64,000 nt of DNA from Tubulanus polymorphus. Lineage: Eukaryota; Animalia; Nemertea. A program made the translations under genes and the position numbers. Every line of letters starts with the position of its first letter. Within the stretch, counting starts at the first letter, position 1. The notes under the pieces are model-generated. The model was not told where the DNA came from and did not search any database. It saw only the letters and a program-made list of their open reading frames with translations. Of the stretch, positions 1 through 11,551 are shown piece after piece. The stretch covers positions 4,735,950 through 4,799,949 of the forward strand of contig NC_134026.1 of NCBI RefSeq assembly GCF_964204645.1. The letters are read 5' to 3'.

Positions 1-336
1 GTACTTTTGTAGGCACTCCCCCATAGATCATTCATACCAAGTTTGATTGAAATCCGCTGAAAATCGATGGAGGAGTAGCGATTTTAGTGAAAATCTAAAA
101 ATAGCCCTAATTTGCATAATTTATGCAAAATCAAAATTATGGCTCTGTACTTTTGTAGGCACTCCCCCATAGATCATTCATACCAAGTTTCATCAAGATC
201 CCATCAGAACTGTAGGACTAGTAGGGATATAAAGAAAAAGTTGACGCCGGACACCGAACACCGAACGGACGGACGACGACGACGAACCCCCTAACCCATC
301 AGCTCCGCTGACCTTCGGTCACAGCGGAGCTAAAAA
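1..336. mobile_element. 3' end of a non-autonomous Helitron/Helentron-associated (HINE/pearl-like) element
   Basis: GTACTTTTGTAGGCACTCCCCCATAGATCATTCATACCAAGTTT occurs at 1 and 147 (146-bp subrepeat). It is followed by an ACGG/ACG microsatellite (~265-284), a hairpin AGCTCCGCTG-ACCTTCGGTCA-CAGCGGAGCT (301-331) and an A-run. This subrepeat/microsatellite/terminal-palindrome layout matches known invertebrate HINE/pearl elements. Confidence 0.55.
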
Positions 337-1472
337 TTTACGGGAAATCCGGATCATAAGTCATTTTCTCGTAAGTTGATGGACAAAAGGACTGAAATAT
401 TGACCGGATTAGACCAGAATCCAGATTAAGCAGGTTTGCGCTTCTCCATACCGGTAATTGTGGGCGAAGTAGGCTTATTGACATGCTACACCACGCCCCT
501 ATCCTCTGAACCTTCCTTCGACAGTCAAACAAATAGCAATGTCACTTGTACAATCTCTACAGGAAAATAACAGTCAAAAAGATGACAAATGCCGACTTCA
601 AAATCAGCACGTACCTCCAGACGCAATATAGAATCCACTTGGTGAATACATCGCAGCACTAGGGTCTTTAGAATGCTGAGCATACACATCACAAGACGCC
701 GTATTCTGTGAAATGGATAAAGAATAAATTTCACGAAAAAGAACATTAAACCGTTCAACTATCAACGTTGTCACGACGATTCTTCACTTACTAACCTCGA
801 TATCACGAATAACCACCGTATTACCAACTACATACAAAAAGTTTTTTCCTTTCGGATCCGGGCCTAGAACCAAAGCTTGGCCCCGGTTTGTAGCGGGCAA
901 AGCCGGATAGATATTTTCTGTAAGACGAAATTCTGCATATTGAGGATAGGACAAGGGTCTACAGGGTGAAAAATGGGTTATAGTTTAACGGATTTTGTGG
1001 ATTAGGTTTAGAGATTGTATTTCATATCAATTCATCTTGGATAATTGTGTCATTTCGGTAATCAAGCATGACTGGTCGGATATGCAGGGTAACCCTCTAA
1101 ACAGCTAGACGTGTCAGAAAACCCTAATAAATTATCAACACTTAGCATAAAAATCAGGGCTCCAAAAGTGCCATCCTCTAGATTTAGAAACTATGTGTAG
1201 AGAGCACGGAATACAATGATTCGAGAATATACACAATATCCATGTAAGATGGATAACGAGAGAAATCCCAAAATAATTCAATTAAGGTAAAGATGAAAAA
1301 ATTAACTTTTGGCAGTGGATATTTTCCCGTATACGGCAGAGTATTTATTTCTGCTATTTTACCGTACATCGTCGCTGATTGACTGATTTATGCCGCGCAT
1401 GCGCACAGAGGTGCGCGACTTAGAAATTCAAGGAAAGTGTGGAGAACAGAGTTAGAGAAAATAGAGCGGATA

Positions 1473-1539
1473 GAGCGAGACTCGAACCCGGGCCAGTAAA
1501 TTACTAGTGCAGCGTTATACCTCTAGACCACCGAGCTCG
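1473..1539 (-). repeat. tRNA-derived segment inside the outer MITE (inverted homolog of 1911-1978)
   Basis: The reverse strand reads ...GGTGGTCTAGAGG...GGCCCGGGTTCGAGTCTCGCTC, with an intact B-box GGTTCGAGTC. Confidence 0.6.
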
Positions 1540-1770
1540 CTGAAAACCACCCGAATGTTTTAACCATCTATAGTACCTCACCTTATCCTAATCCTATCCC
1601 TAGGGGTAAAACGGAACCCTCTGGACCCTCTTCTCACCCTCACGACACTAATTCTATCGAAAGCCTAACCCAATATAATGATTTTATTGTTACTTTTTAT
1701 TAGTTGCTATATATATAGTAATAATGTAAGGTAAAATAGCGGATGTAAATACTTTGCCGTATACGGTTAA

Positions 1771-2163
1771 CGAAGTGGCTACTCGTACGAATAATTCCGT
1801 AGGCTATTCGTACGCACCCGTCGGATAACTCTGGAATTATTCGTACGGGAAAGGATAGGGTTAGGGTAAGGTGAGGCTATATGTAGTTAAAACATTCGAC
1901 CGACTGTCAGCGAGCTCGGTGGTCTAGTGGTATGATGCTGCGCTAGTAATTTACTGGCCCGGGTTCCAGTCTCGCTCGATCCGCTCTATTTTTCTCTCTA
2001 ACTCTATCATCCACACTTTCCTTGAATTTTCTAAGTCGCGCACCTCTCTACGCATACGCGGCGTTAATCGGCCAATCAGCGACAGTTATTAGCGTACAGA
2101 TCCTAGTTCCGTACGAATAGCCTCCAGAGTATTTCGTACGGATCCGTACGAGTAGCCACAGCG
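1771..2163. mobile_element. 393-bp MITE with 9-bp TSD (Mutator-like)
   Basis: TIRs CGAAGTGGCTACTCGTACG / CGTACGAGTAGCCACAGCG. Exact 9-bp direct repeat TACGGTTAA at 1762-1770 and 2164-2172. The superfamily is inferred from TSD length only. Confidence 0.75.
1911..1978 (+). repeat. tRNA-derived (Pol III A/B box) segment inside the nested MITE
   Basis: A-box-like TGGTCTAGTGG, B-box-like GGGTTCCAGTC, and terminal CGAGC/GCTCG pairing. No canonical anticodon arm. Confidence 0.6.
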
Positions 2164-3128
2164 TACGGTTAAATATCCACTTTGTTAACTTTTCATCTTT
2201 TTGACTGAATTATCGTGGGATTTCTCTCATTCAGTTAGCACGGAATACACTGACTGTCAGATTGAATTATCAGTATGACTAAGCCAGTATGCGAAGTTAA
2301 TGACCTGATGACCTAGCCATTAGACACGGCTTAAAAATTATAAAAACTGAAAAAGGCGAAAAAATGGGTGGGGTGTAGTAGTAGACACATGAAATGAATG
2401 GAACACATCCGACACGCTCACGCTTCACAAAACGCTCAACACGCCATGAAGAAGTCGCGTCACTCGATACTGAAACTTACAAACCGCCAGACAATAGGAG
2501 CATATTAACTAGCGCGTGGATTGCAATTACGAAGTCCAGCTTACCTTTTTCTAACGGCATCTTTCTGACTCAGTAAAGCTTCGGCCTTCGCGATATACAG
2601 GAAGTGAAGATTGGGGAAAACCGTCCAATTGGTATAGACTAAAACGTGGAACAGGATTATCATTAAAACACGGTATTGGACTAACGTGGGAGTCGGGCAC
2701 CGCTCAGTCGACATGCCGATAAAGCTACGATCCTAATACATCCACTTTTAGGGGATCTGTTAAGATCTTTATCAATTTTTTATTGCTATTAAAACAACAG
2801 AATTGCTTAATGATGACAGCTCTGGGGAGATAAAGCTAGTCAGCAGCCATTATATCAAGTCATTTTAAATTGCACGGGCCGCCGTGATCGCCGTTTCGCG
2901 CTGCCGAGCCAGTCGCTTGATTCAATTGTAAATTTTGAATTAGTCTTAAGACCTCTTAGACTTCCTTTGGTATGGGTCAGTATCGCTCCCCTACCCGAAT
3001 TCTACAGGCAATTCGGGAAAAGCTTTAGCTAAGCGAGTTCGAATGTCCACTTGGCGAGAGTGAAAATGGGTAGCGGGAAAATTAGTCCGGTTGCCTGTCC
3101 TGCAACCAGTCTTCTCTTCTCAGTCATT

Positions 3129-3376
3129 AGGCCCATTTGTTTGAAATCGGTTTGCGCAAACCAGTTTATATCGGTTTATTGCGCCATAAACCTGCTTTGC
3201 CGTAGTGTGAACAAATGCGACAGCACGAAAAAGTCGGTTAGGGTGAGCTTACCGCAGAAATTTCCTTATTCGGCCATGTTGGAGAAGTCGGTTTGATGAT
3301 GCAAACGCTCGCAAAGTGGTTTCCTGACCAAAGACAATTTTCCTACAAACCGAAACCGATTTCAAACCTAAGGCCT
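3129..3376. mobile_element. MITE, PIF/Harbinger-like termini
   Basis: AGGCCCATTTGTTTGAAATCGGTTT versus AAACCGATTTCAAACCTAAGGCCT form an imperfect inverted repeat, with internal (A)AACCG/CGGTTT motifs. Confidence 0.5.
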
Positions 3377-3729
3377 TTTTTATGAACACTCGATTAGTAT
3401 GCAAAACCTTTTCATGAGCACTTTTATGAACATTGGTTACTGATCATAATCGATTAGCATACTCAGCATACTCGCTCGGCGAGCAAGTATGACGATTATC
3501 TAATCCAACCAATATGGTGTTCTCGGTAGAAGTCGCTGCTGAGTGGGTCATAATTGGATAATTTCTACCTGGCGTTTTTATCAACCAACATACCCGGTTA
3601 TGATAATTGAGACTAATCGGTTATATAATCTAAATAGCTAATCTATTCCGATTTTGCTGGTTCATGTACACCCCTGTCCAACTAATTGAAGGTAGACCGG
3701 CAACCAGTCTACATACATGAGAGACTTCT

Positions 3730-3812
3730 ACCGTCAAGGGATTCGAACCCACTACGCTGAAGCCGTTCCCTGAACCTATCGACCTCAAGAGTCGTTATTA
3801 GCCGACCAGAAT
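3730..3812 (-). repeat. tRNA-derived SINE-like head
   Basis: The minus strand contains B-box GGGTTCGAATCCC with a degenerate upstream region. No full cloverleaf. Confidence 0.4.
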
Positions 3813-4067
3813 CCGGTCGTACCGATCACAGCGCTTGTAACAAACCGACAGTAGACTTCTGTTGGTTTTCCGTTAAATGGACCAATCAGCGAACGTTTTA
3901 CCGAACAAGGAAGTATTTCGCAAATCGATATATGACGTCATGCGCAACGGCGCCAGTAATGAAATCACGCTTCGTGAGGCCGGGGCTGGTGGAAGCGAGT
4001 TCGGGAGCGATACTGGACCCCGTATACTGGCTGTGATACTGGCACACGTGTTCGGGTGGATGCGAAA

Positions 4068-4228
4068 GGGGTCATTCATTTATTACGTACGCATTAGGGG
4101 AGGGGAGGGGTCAGTGCAATTGCGTACTGTAATGCTTAATGTATATGAAAAAATGGCCGATTTTGCGTACAGAGGGGAGGGGGTTGAAAAATTCAAATTT
4201 TATGCGTACGTAATAAATGAATGACCCC
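4068..4228. mobile_element. 161-bp Harbinger/Tourist-like MITE
   Basis: Perfect 27-bp TIR GGGGTCATTCATTTATTACGTACGCAT, flanked by AAA on both sides (3-bp TSD). Confidence 0.85.
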
Positions 4229-4645
4229 AAAGCGATAAATGACAAAACTGGTCTAAGGTGACGGAATAGTAGTTTGAATGGCAGTTAGAGATAATCACAA
4301 CTAAGGTTGTCGCCCAAACTAGTTTTATCATTACGCTTACACCCCAAAATCTAGATCCGGGTTTCGGATATGGAAGATTATCAATCGAGGATTTGGACAA
4401 GTTTAGTGAAATGATGATTTAAACAAAGTTTCAAATTAGCGATTTTAGACTGAAGTTGATCTAAACATAAACATAAAACTGTTCTATGGTCTAAAACTAC
4501 AATGTGTAACACCGGATCCAGAATTTTGGAGGGAGTTGACATAAAAAACTTGAGCGGATCACGTGATTGAATCACCACAGATCGCGACGAATAAACAACA
4601 CAACACAATAATAAATACATTTATTCAGGTTTACAAAATAGATTA

Positions 4646-4819
4646 GGCTAAAAAAATTGATACCTTGTTTCTCCGCTCTGCTGAGCTTAAATGTTGACCC
4701 GGCCGGCCGGCCGTTATGTTACCATAACAGACCCGGCCGCTATAGAAATGAACTGTTTACAAATTTTACAAAAATTACCCGGCCGCTGCGGAGAAACAAG
4801 GTATCATTTTTGTTTAGCC
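4646..4819. mobile_element. Harbinger-like MITE (TTA TSD)
   Basis: TIR GGCTAAA..TGATACCTTGTTTCTCCGC / GCGGAGAAACAAGGTATCA..TTAGCC with TTA on both sides. A second copy lies at 31967-32154. Confidence 0.8.
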
Positions 4820-5100
4820 TTATGCGTTTAAATTATGACTATAAGCCAGCTGTATTGCATCTCTAATTCTATCAATGACAACCACGTTTTCATTGATGAG
4901 AGTTAAAATAAAAAATTAGTATTTATTATATTAGAGAGAGATGAGATAGAAGTGATTGTGCAAGAGGTTTAGAGGTGATTGTGCAAGAGATTTTATCAAA
5001 ACATGGCTGTAACTGATAGGATTAAAGAACAGCGACTGTTCTCAAGTTCATTCACAAACAGAAAATCAATCATACAATTATACTGGCAATCTGAAATCGC

Positions 5101-5237
5101 TGGTCATTGCCTGGCCATTGGTCATTTCTGGTCATCTGGCAAATTGGTCATCCCGGGTCTTCTGGCAATTGGTCATCCCTGGTACATGTAGTTGGTAAAT
5201 TGGTCATCCCTGGTCTTCTGCAGGTAATTGGTCATCT
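5101..5237. repeat. degenerate minisatellite (ATTGGTCATC core)
   Basis: About 7 copies of TGGTCAT, most in the context AATTGGTCATCCC. Confidence 0.6.
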
Positions 5238-5977
5238 CCTAACAGGTCAAAACAAAATGTAGAATCATTAAGGATACAAGCTGGTCTGCCAATCTAGTCG
5301 GGTAAGACGCAGCTCCAAACTCAAACAGTTACTGAGAAGCCGAAACCGAGGTGAACTAAAGACCCAACGTCACCTGACCTCCTTCAGAGCGGGCAATCTG
5401 GGATTGCAGGAGGACTGATTGCCTCCTCAGGATGCACACTGCTACTTAGGAGGAGGCAGAACTAGATGACGATGATGATGAGGAGGAGGCAGAAATAGTG
5501 TGATTTATTTAAATTGTATCCATACACATGTAATACATACCGTTAATGTGTGTAGCTGACTGTGAAAATCAGTTCTATATCAGATTCTACAACTCCCCAG
5601 CAATGATTGACACTGAAATGAAAATAACAGATTCTTCAATTTATCAAATTCATGACATAAACTGTTGAAATTCTGTTTTCATACACATACCAGATATCGT
5701 GTGAAGTTGAAAATGTTCAGGACCAGGATTCAGTTTTTTTCCTAAAAAGATTAAAACAAATTGGAGAATCATTAATTAAGAAATAAGTGTTTCAGATAAA
5801 CTCTTATTGAATTTGTCTCTGTCGACATACGTCACATGTCTGAATAAACCAGTGGAATCTGTAGATTGATCCTATACTGTTCACATTATAATGATGAACA
5901 CTGAAATGAAAAAAAAACAAATTCTTAATGACATCAATTTATCAGATTCTATTACAGGAAACCATGAAATGTATTGA

Positions 5978-6886
5978 TGGAGGAGTTGAAACATGTTCAG
6001 GATCAAAATTCAGTTTATCTTCTAACAGACTAAAACAAAATGTAGAATCATTATAACGGTTATCGAATATATCTCCAGCAAGTATCTGTGTCAATCTTCA
6101 GCTCACTTCACACACAGCTATAGATCAGAGTTCCTTACAGCGACCACTGAATCAACCTAATCATTACAACTGAAATAATGATTACAGATTCTATATGAAT
6201 ACATATGAAGCACATCTAAAACCAAAGTGATAGAAAAATAGAAAGTTGGAAAATGTTTTCTGACGCAGTTTGATTTGTGTCAGATTGTAACTGTAGAAGT
6301 TTCACTCATTGTTTCAGTCTAATAGAGATATAACTGATGTACATGTAACACTGACTGTGTAACACTGCAGTCATTTATTCACTTATTCCTCCTCAGTTTG
6401 AAGAATGTTTGTTCTCTCATCTTCATTTGCAATAAGAATCATTCTCATCCGTGTAACTACAACATCGTAACATTTCTACATATTCAATCATAGAGGGAAT
6501 GAGGAGTATGGCGCTTGGGTATGGAATGAGACAGGGTATGGGAGTTGACACGTTAGGGTAGGATAGGACATTGTGACAAGGTAAGGTCAGGTTGGATGAT
6601 GCAGGGTTGTTTGATATGGCTGGATTAGATGATCAGTTTAATATAGAACTGTTTGGGGTGGGTGTATGTGGTAGTGTACGGTGTATAGTTAGAGAGGTGT
6701 CTGATAACGGATTGAAAGGTTGCTGGTAGAGGGCGGTACAGGTGTGATGTTTGTATGGTATATGTAAGGTTGGGGGTGGTGTGTGTACTGTGTTAAGGAT
6801 AGGATAAGGTACAGTTAGGGTAATATGAAAGTGTAAGTTCGGGTAATGTGGGGTCAGGATGTTTGGTGTTGTTGAGGTGAGGGTGA
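5978..6886 (+). repeat. left arm of a long inverted repeat (uninterrupted copy)
   Basis: Its reverse complement matches 8786-8879, 10312-10370 and 11649-12414 in colinear order. Confidence 0.85.
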
Positions 6887-7464
6887 GGTCGGGGGTGGTG
6901 TCTGTGGAAGGTTGGGAGGTACATGATGTGATATAAGGGGTGGAGCTAGGACAGTACACAGTGTGATGAGTGATTGATGGGGTCGGTCCGTCTCTCAGCC
7001 GCCTCCAGGCCGCTCCCTTTGGACATCTCAATACTTCTCCAACCCTCCCAATCCCTCAAACTACTCCTCAATTCCATGTGAAATACTAGGAGACGATACC
7101 TGCAAGATATTGAATATTAAGACACATCAAAACAATGACAAATCAGTAACAGTATTTTATATGTGTGTCACATGATTCATTTTAACAAGTGAACGATTCA
7201 TGAAGCAAATGACGGCAAAATCTTCTGATTCACAAATATCTGAATAGTTTTTACCCAACTACAAGCTTTACAAATAGCAAACTGATGAGAAATAGACTCT
7301 GAACCCACAATAAAATCATTCAAGATTTTCTGTGAAGTATTTCTCTTATATTTATCACGTTACACCCAGTGATACATGAAACTCAGCCTCAGCCTCACTC
7401 ATTCTCACTCTCACTCTCACACACTTTCTTATTTGCCATTTTTTGCAAACATTTTTAAGCACGT

Positions 7465-7730
7465 GAGGTAGGAATAGACCACTGCCAGTAGTGGACTACC
7501 CTTTGGAACCCACTTTTGTGCTTGGTGGCTTTAAGCTCACCTTTTTTGAGTTGAGGTAGGAATAGACCCCTGCCCGCTCGCTAAGCCAGCAGAACACTAA
7601 ACCTTCGAATTGCTCTCGGACCCCACTCTATATATTTTTTCTTTTTTTGAGCCGAGGTAGGAATAGATCCCTGCCCGCCATCTAAGCATGCAGGACTCTA
7701 AACCTTCGAATTGCTCTCGGACTTCACTCT
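7465..7730. repeat. three degenerate ~90-100-bp tandem units
   Basis: GAGGTAGGAATAGA(C/T)C at 7465, 7553 and 7654. TAAACCTTCGAATTGCTCTCGGAC occurs in units 2 and 3. Confidence 0.7.
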
Positions 7731-7755
7731 TTTCATGTTCTTTCTTTTTCTTATG

Positions 7756-7795
7756 GCTCTGTCTCTCTCTCTCTCTCTATTTCTCTCTCTCTCTC

Positions 7796-7866
<71 letters not shown>
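7756..7866. repeat. (CT)n microsatellite
   Basis: Direct reading. It explains the SLSLSL ORFs. Confidence 0.97.
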
Positions 7867-7868
<2 letters not shown>

Positions 7869-8506
7869 CTATGTATCAGTAGCACCTGGCAGTACGTGAA
7901 TATATAGGAAATATAGTAATTGAACTGGGTTTAAATCCATCTAAATCAGTGCTTTTAAAACCAGTAGTATAAGGCAGCAGTTCACTATAGTCAATCATAT
8001 CATAGTTTGATGATATTGTTTATTTGCAACACCATTTGTTCCATGAAAAAAGTTTCAATTCCTAAATGAATCGATGAATTCAATCTTCAATAGCATCATT
8101 CTCGATGTATCTCATATGGAGATTTTGGAATAGTAGGCGCGAGAAGGAGGTAAAGAAGGTAATGCCAGTCCGGACAGGACCACTTTCTCTGAATCACTAC
8201 CCCAACATCACCCACGCTGTACTGTCCTATCACCATCCATGTCACCATTTCCAGACATATATAGAGACTAATAAGACAAAAACAGCATTCTATCTGGAGA
8301 TTTCTATCTAAAGAAGTTATAGTGGGGGAACTTTCTCCTGGTGAGTGAAACGCCAAGAGCATCACTCACCTTTGTTCAAATCAGAAACTGTGGTTCCATC
8401 TATTACCCACTACGTAATCAATGACTCTCTAATCAAATAATCCTAAGTCAACTGGATTACACGGATCAGACCTGAATCCATTTTTCCAAATTTGCCACTT
8501 AGTCAT

Positions 8507-8695
8507 TTTGATTTTTGGTTCTAACTGATTTTGGTTCTAAAAACTTAAGACCAGTCTACGCTCATTTTGGTTCTATAGCCAATCTAACAACTAAGACCAG
8601 TCTAAACTCATTTTGGTTCTATAGCCAATCTTACAACTTAAGACCAGGCTAAGACCATTCAAGTTCTTTAGCCAATCTAACAAGACTGGTCTAAT
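8507..8695. repeat. ~46-bp tandem repeat
   Basis: Three to four units of TTTTGGTTCTATAGCCAATCTAACAACTAAGACCAGTCTA-like sequence. Confidence 0.7.
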
Positions 8696-8879
8696 GATTT
8701 TAAAAGCCCATTTTCTTAGCTAAACTCAAAAATAATTTTCCAAATTTGCCACTTGGACACTTGACATGGATAAATTCTACTGAATTCACCCTCACCTCAA
8801 CAACACCAAACATCCTGACCCCACATTACCCAAACTTACACTTTCATATCACTCTAACTGAACCTTACTCTATCCTTAA

Positions 8880-10311
8880 AGGGTAACTGACACTTTTTTT
8901 TATTTGAAAATATGATGTATTCTATTGACCTATACACTCATCTTCAACCATTCCGTTTCCAAAATGTTTAGTTTATGCGCAATTTGTGATTTTGTAACAA
9001 GATTTTTTACCTCATTTCGTTGTTTACATCACTTACTTTTCAGCGTCGGCTAAATCAGCAGGTGTGCGCTGCAACGTCATTAAAGGCAGAGCTAAGAAAT
9101 AGCGTCTATAGAAATGCGATGAATTTTGAGGAAACTGTGTGTATTTTCTGTTATATCTCAATGCCAGATTATTTTACAGCTTTGAAACTGGCCAGGGAGG
9201 AAAAAAGATCTATTGTCTATCGCATAAACCTATTTCAAAGAATCACTGAGTAATTTGAATAGGCTAAATCGATCAAATTGAAGATGCAGATTTCAATCCG
9301 CTGCCATGAAGCTATTAAACTACGCTATGCTAAGCTCTCAGCACTGTTACTGCTGCTCCATAGTTCACCTATAGTTCAGCACCACAAGCATACTATACAG
9401 TTCCTTATAAGCGATCACAGATTTCGATCTCGCAAAAGAATAAATAGATTTACTATTTTTCATAGTCATTTAAGACTAAGTATTTTGAAAACTAACGCTT
9501 CAAAACTCTACAAAAACTTTCAATAAATTTCTGCAGCCTGTACAACAAATATTCAAAGGAATTTTTATTTTTAGGAAGTTTTTCGATTAAAGTTTCACGC
9601 TGCAGAAGAGTTTTGATAGATACATCACAAATCATTCACAAACATTATTTCTAAGTTTTAAAATAGGATGGATGAGGAAATATTCTAATTTTGTGACCAA
9701 AGCCGCTACCAATACGAGGTATATTTCAAGAAAAGAATTGAAATTGTTCTTGCGGCTAATTTTGTCTAAGTTTCATCAGTTCATAAGTCAAAATATTCTT
9801 AGATCTAACCATGATCTTACTTACTATCACTAAATGATAATACAAAACAATGATTTAAACATCCGTGTTCCTTGCTGTCTACTAGAAAATGCCATGGATT
9901 GCTATTCAAATCCTATTTTTGCGCTTAGTTTGAACGGATATGGTTCGTTCAACAGCTAATTATAATCATTAATATGTAGACTTTCAAAATCAAGAGGCAT
10001 TTCGTCTCAATTCCAATGCCAAATAGGTATATAATTAAGTTGAATTGCTCATGCAGCATATTTCCTATTCATTTCTATAGACGTCATTTCCGAGCCGTCA
10101 CTTTAGTGACGTAGTTCTATTAATAGACACAGTACCACGCGTTCAGCAGAAGCAATGTATACACTGAACAGGTGCGCGAACATCAAAATCATCAATTCCG
10201 ACTACATTGAAAAGATTTTTCCAATTATGAAATCACCTAGCCTTATTGTATACTATAATATATCGTTTAGTGTAAAAAGTAGAAAATCTATAAAAACGTG
10301 TCAGTTACCCT
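8880..10311. mobile_element. non-autonomous TTAA-specific DNA transposon (Kolobok-like), 1432 bp
   Basis: 14-bp perfect TIR AGGGTAACTGACAC / GTGTCAGTTACCCT with TTAA on both sides (8876-8879, 10312-10315). The paralogous arm has the empty site with a single TTAA (~6793). AG termini favour Kolobok over piggyBac. No transposase ORF. Confidence 0.85.
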
Positions 10312-10796
10312 TTAACACTCTACAAACACCGCCCCCTACCTTACACATACCATACCAACATCACTACTACACATCCTCACTCGCAAAGGTCTGGTTGCCT
10401 TCCGCTGAAACTCACAAACACTGATCAAACTTGTAACTGCGTGGCTCATGTCGGTCGCTAGGTCCATAGCGCACACATCGACAGCAACTGAGATGTGTAA
10501 TCTAGCAAATATTCTCAGGGCAACTCGAATCACGTGACAAATTGCTTTGTTTTAGTCCGTTGCAACCATGTGTTGTTGATTATAGAGTGCCCACATTGAC
10601 GGATATGACAGCAACTGAGTACAACTAGTTGATCAAAAGTAGAACATGGGCAACTGGGTGGAACTTGAGATAGATGGACACTAACCAATCGTAAGCTAAC
10701 TCACACTGATTGTATCCAGCCAGTTCCTCTCGCGCGCTGAAAACTGCCCGGCAACTAGTTGTCTCCAATCGCTGTGTCAATGTAGGCTTTAGACCA

Positions 10797-11222
10797 CTGC
10801 CAGGCGAACAGGTCACTGCCAAGGGTCGGGTGGGTTGCCGTGTTGGCAAACAGGTGGTCACTGCCAGGGGTCGGGCGGGTGTTGAGTGGGTGGGTTGCCG
10901 TGTTTGCAGACAGGTGGTCACTGCCAGGGGTCGGGCGGGTGTTGAGTGGGTGGGTTGCCGTGTTGGCAGACAGGTGGTCACTGCCAGGGGTCGGGCGGGT
11001 GTTGAGTGGGTGGGTTGCCGTGTTGGCAGACAGGTGGTCACTGCCAGGGGTCGGGCGGGTGTTGAGTGGGTGGGTTGCCGTGTGGGCAGACAGGTGGTCA
11101 CTGCCAAGGGTGGGGCGGGTGTAGAGTGAGTGGGTTGCCGTGTGGGCAGACAGGTCACTGCCAAGGGTCGGGCGAGTGGAGAGTGGGTGGGTTGCCGTGT
11201 GGGCAGACAAGTCACAGCCAGG
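10797..11222. repeat. 60-bp G-rich minisatellite (~7 units)
   Basis: Unit CTGCCAGGGGTCGGGCGGGTGTTGAGTGGGTGGGTTGCCGTGTTGGCAGACAGGTGGTCA. It explains the repetitive ORFs on both strands. Confidence 0.95.
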
Positions 11223-11452
11223 TCACATGATTAGACCTTGACCCTTGACCTGTGGACAGCTCAGACAAATACAATGATTTCCTGTGATGTTTTTTTCCCG
11301 ATCTGGAACTTAACTTACTCTTTATCGAAGTTTATTGAAGGATATTCGCCAACAGTAAAACATGTACCCCTCATTGTGACTGGCATAATGGTAGTCGATT
11401 AGAGTTTTCGCTTACCGAGGGTCCAACACAAGAATAATGTATATTTCCATAA

Positions 11453-11551
11453 TTTTCATTGGCTGGATAATTCCTCTGTTTTCATTGGCTGGATAATTCC
11501 TCTGTTTTCATTGGCTGGATAATTCCTCTGTTTTCATTGGCTGATAATTCC
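11453..11551. repeat. 26-bp tandem repeat (~4 units) with ATTGG (CCAAT box)
   Basis: TTTTCATTGGCTGGATAATTCCTCTG x3 plus a partial unit. Confidence 0.9.

Larger units (their letters stand above)
1258..2228. mobile_element. MITE with ~100-bp imperfect TIRs; right TIR split by a nested insertion
   Basis: 1258-1362 is the reverse complement of 1729-1770 joined to 2164-2228. Its internal region (1371-1600) carries a tRNA-like core. Confidence 0.6.

Noticed and set aside
340-880. Possible decayed LINE 3' end (YKKFFP-like motif near 832-850)
   Set aside because: Too degenerate, with no continuous frame or RT motif to support it.
1473-3812. Functional tRNA genes
   Set aside because: Only A/B-box-like motifs. 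No complete cloverleaf, and they are embedded in repeats.
6633-7031. 132-aa Pro/Thr/His-rich ORF (and 11537-11911)
   Set aside because: Low-complexity translation of the GT-rich arm of the inverted repeat, and the frame is not conserved between arms.
10625-11215. ORFs of 94-196 aa with repeated TTCLPTRQPTHSTPARPLAV
   Set aside because: Translations of a 60-bp minisatellite open in several frames on both strands inside a transposon, with no splice or start context.
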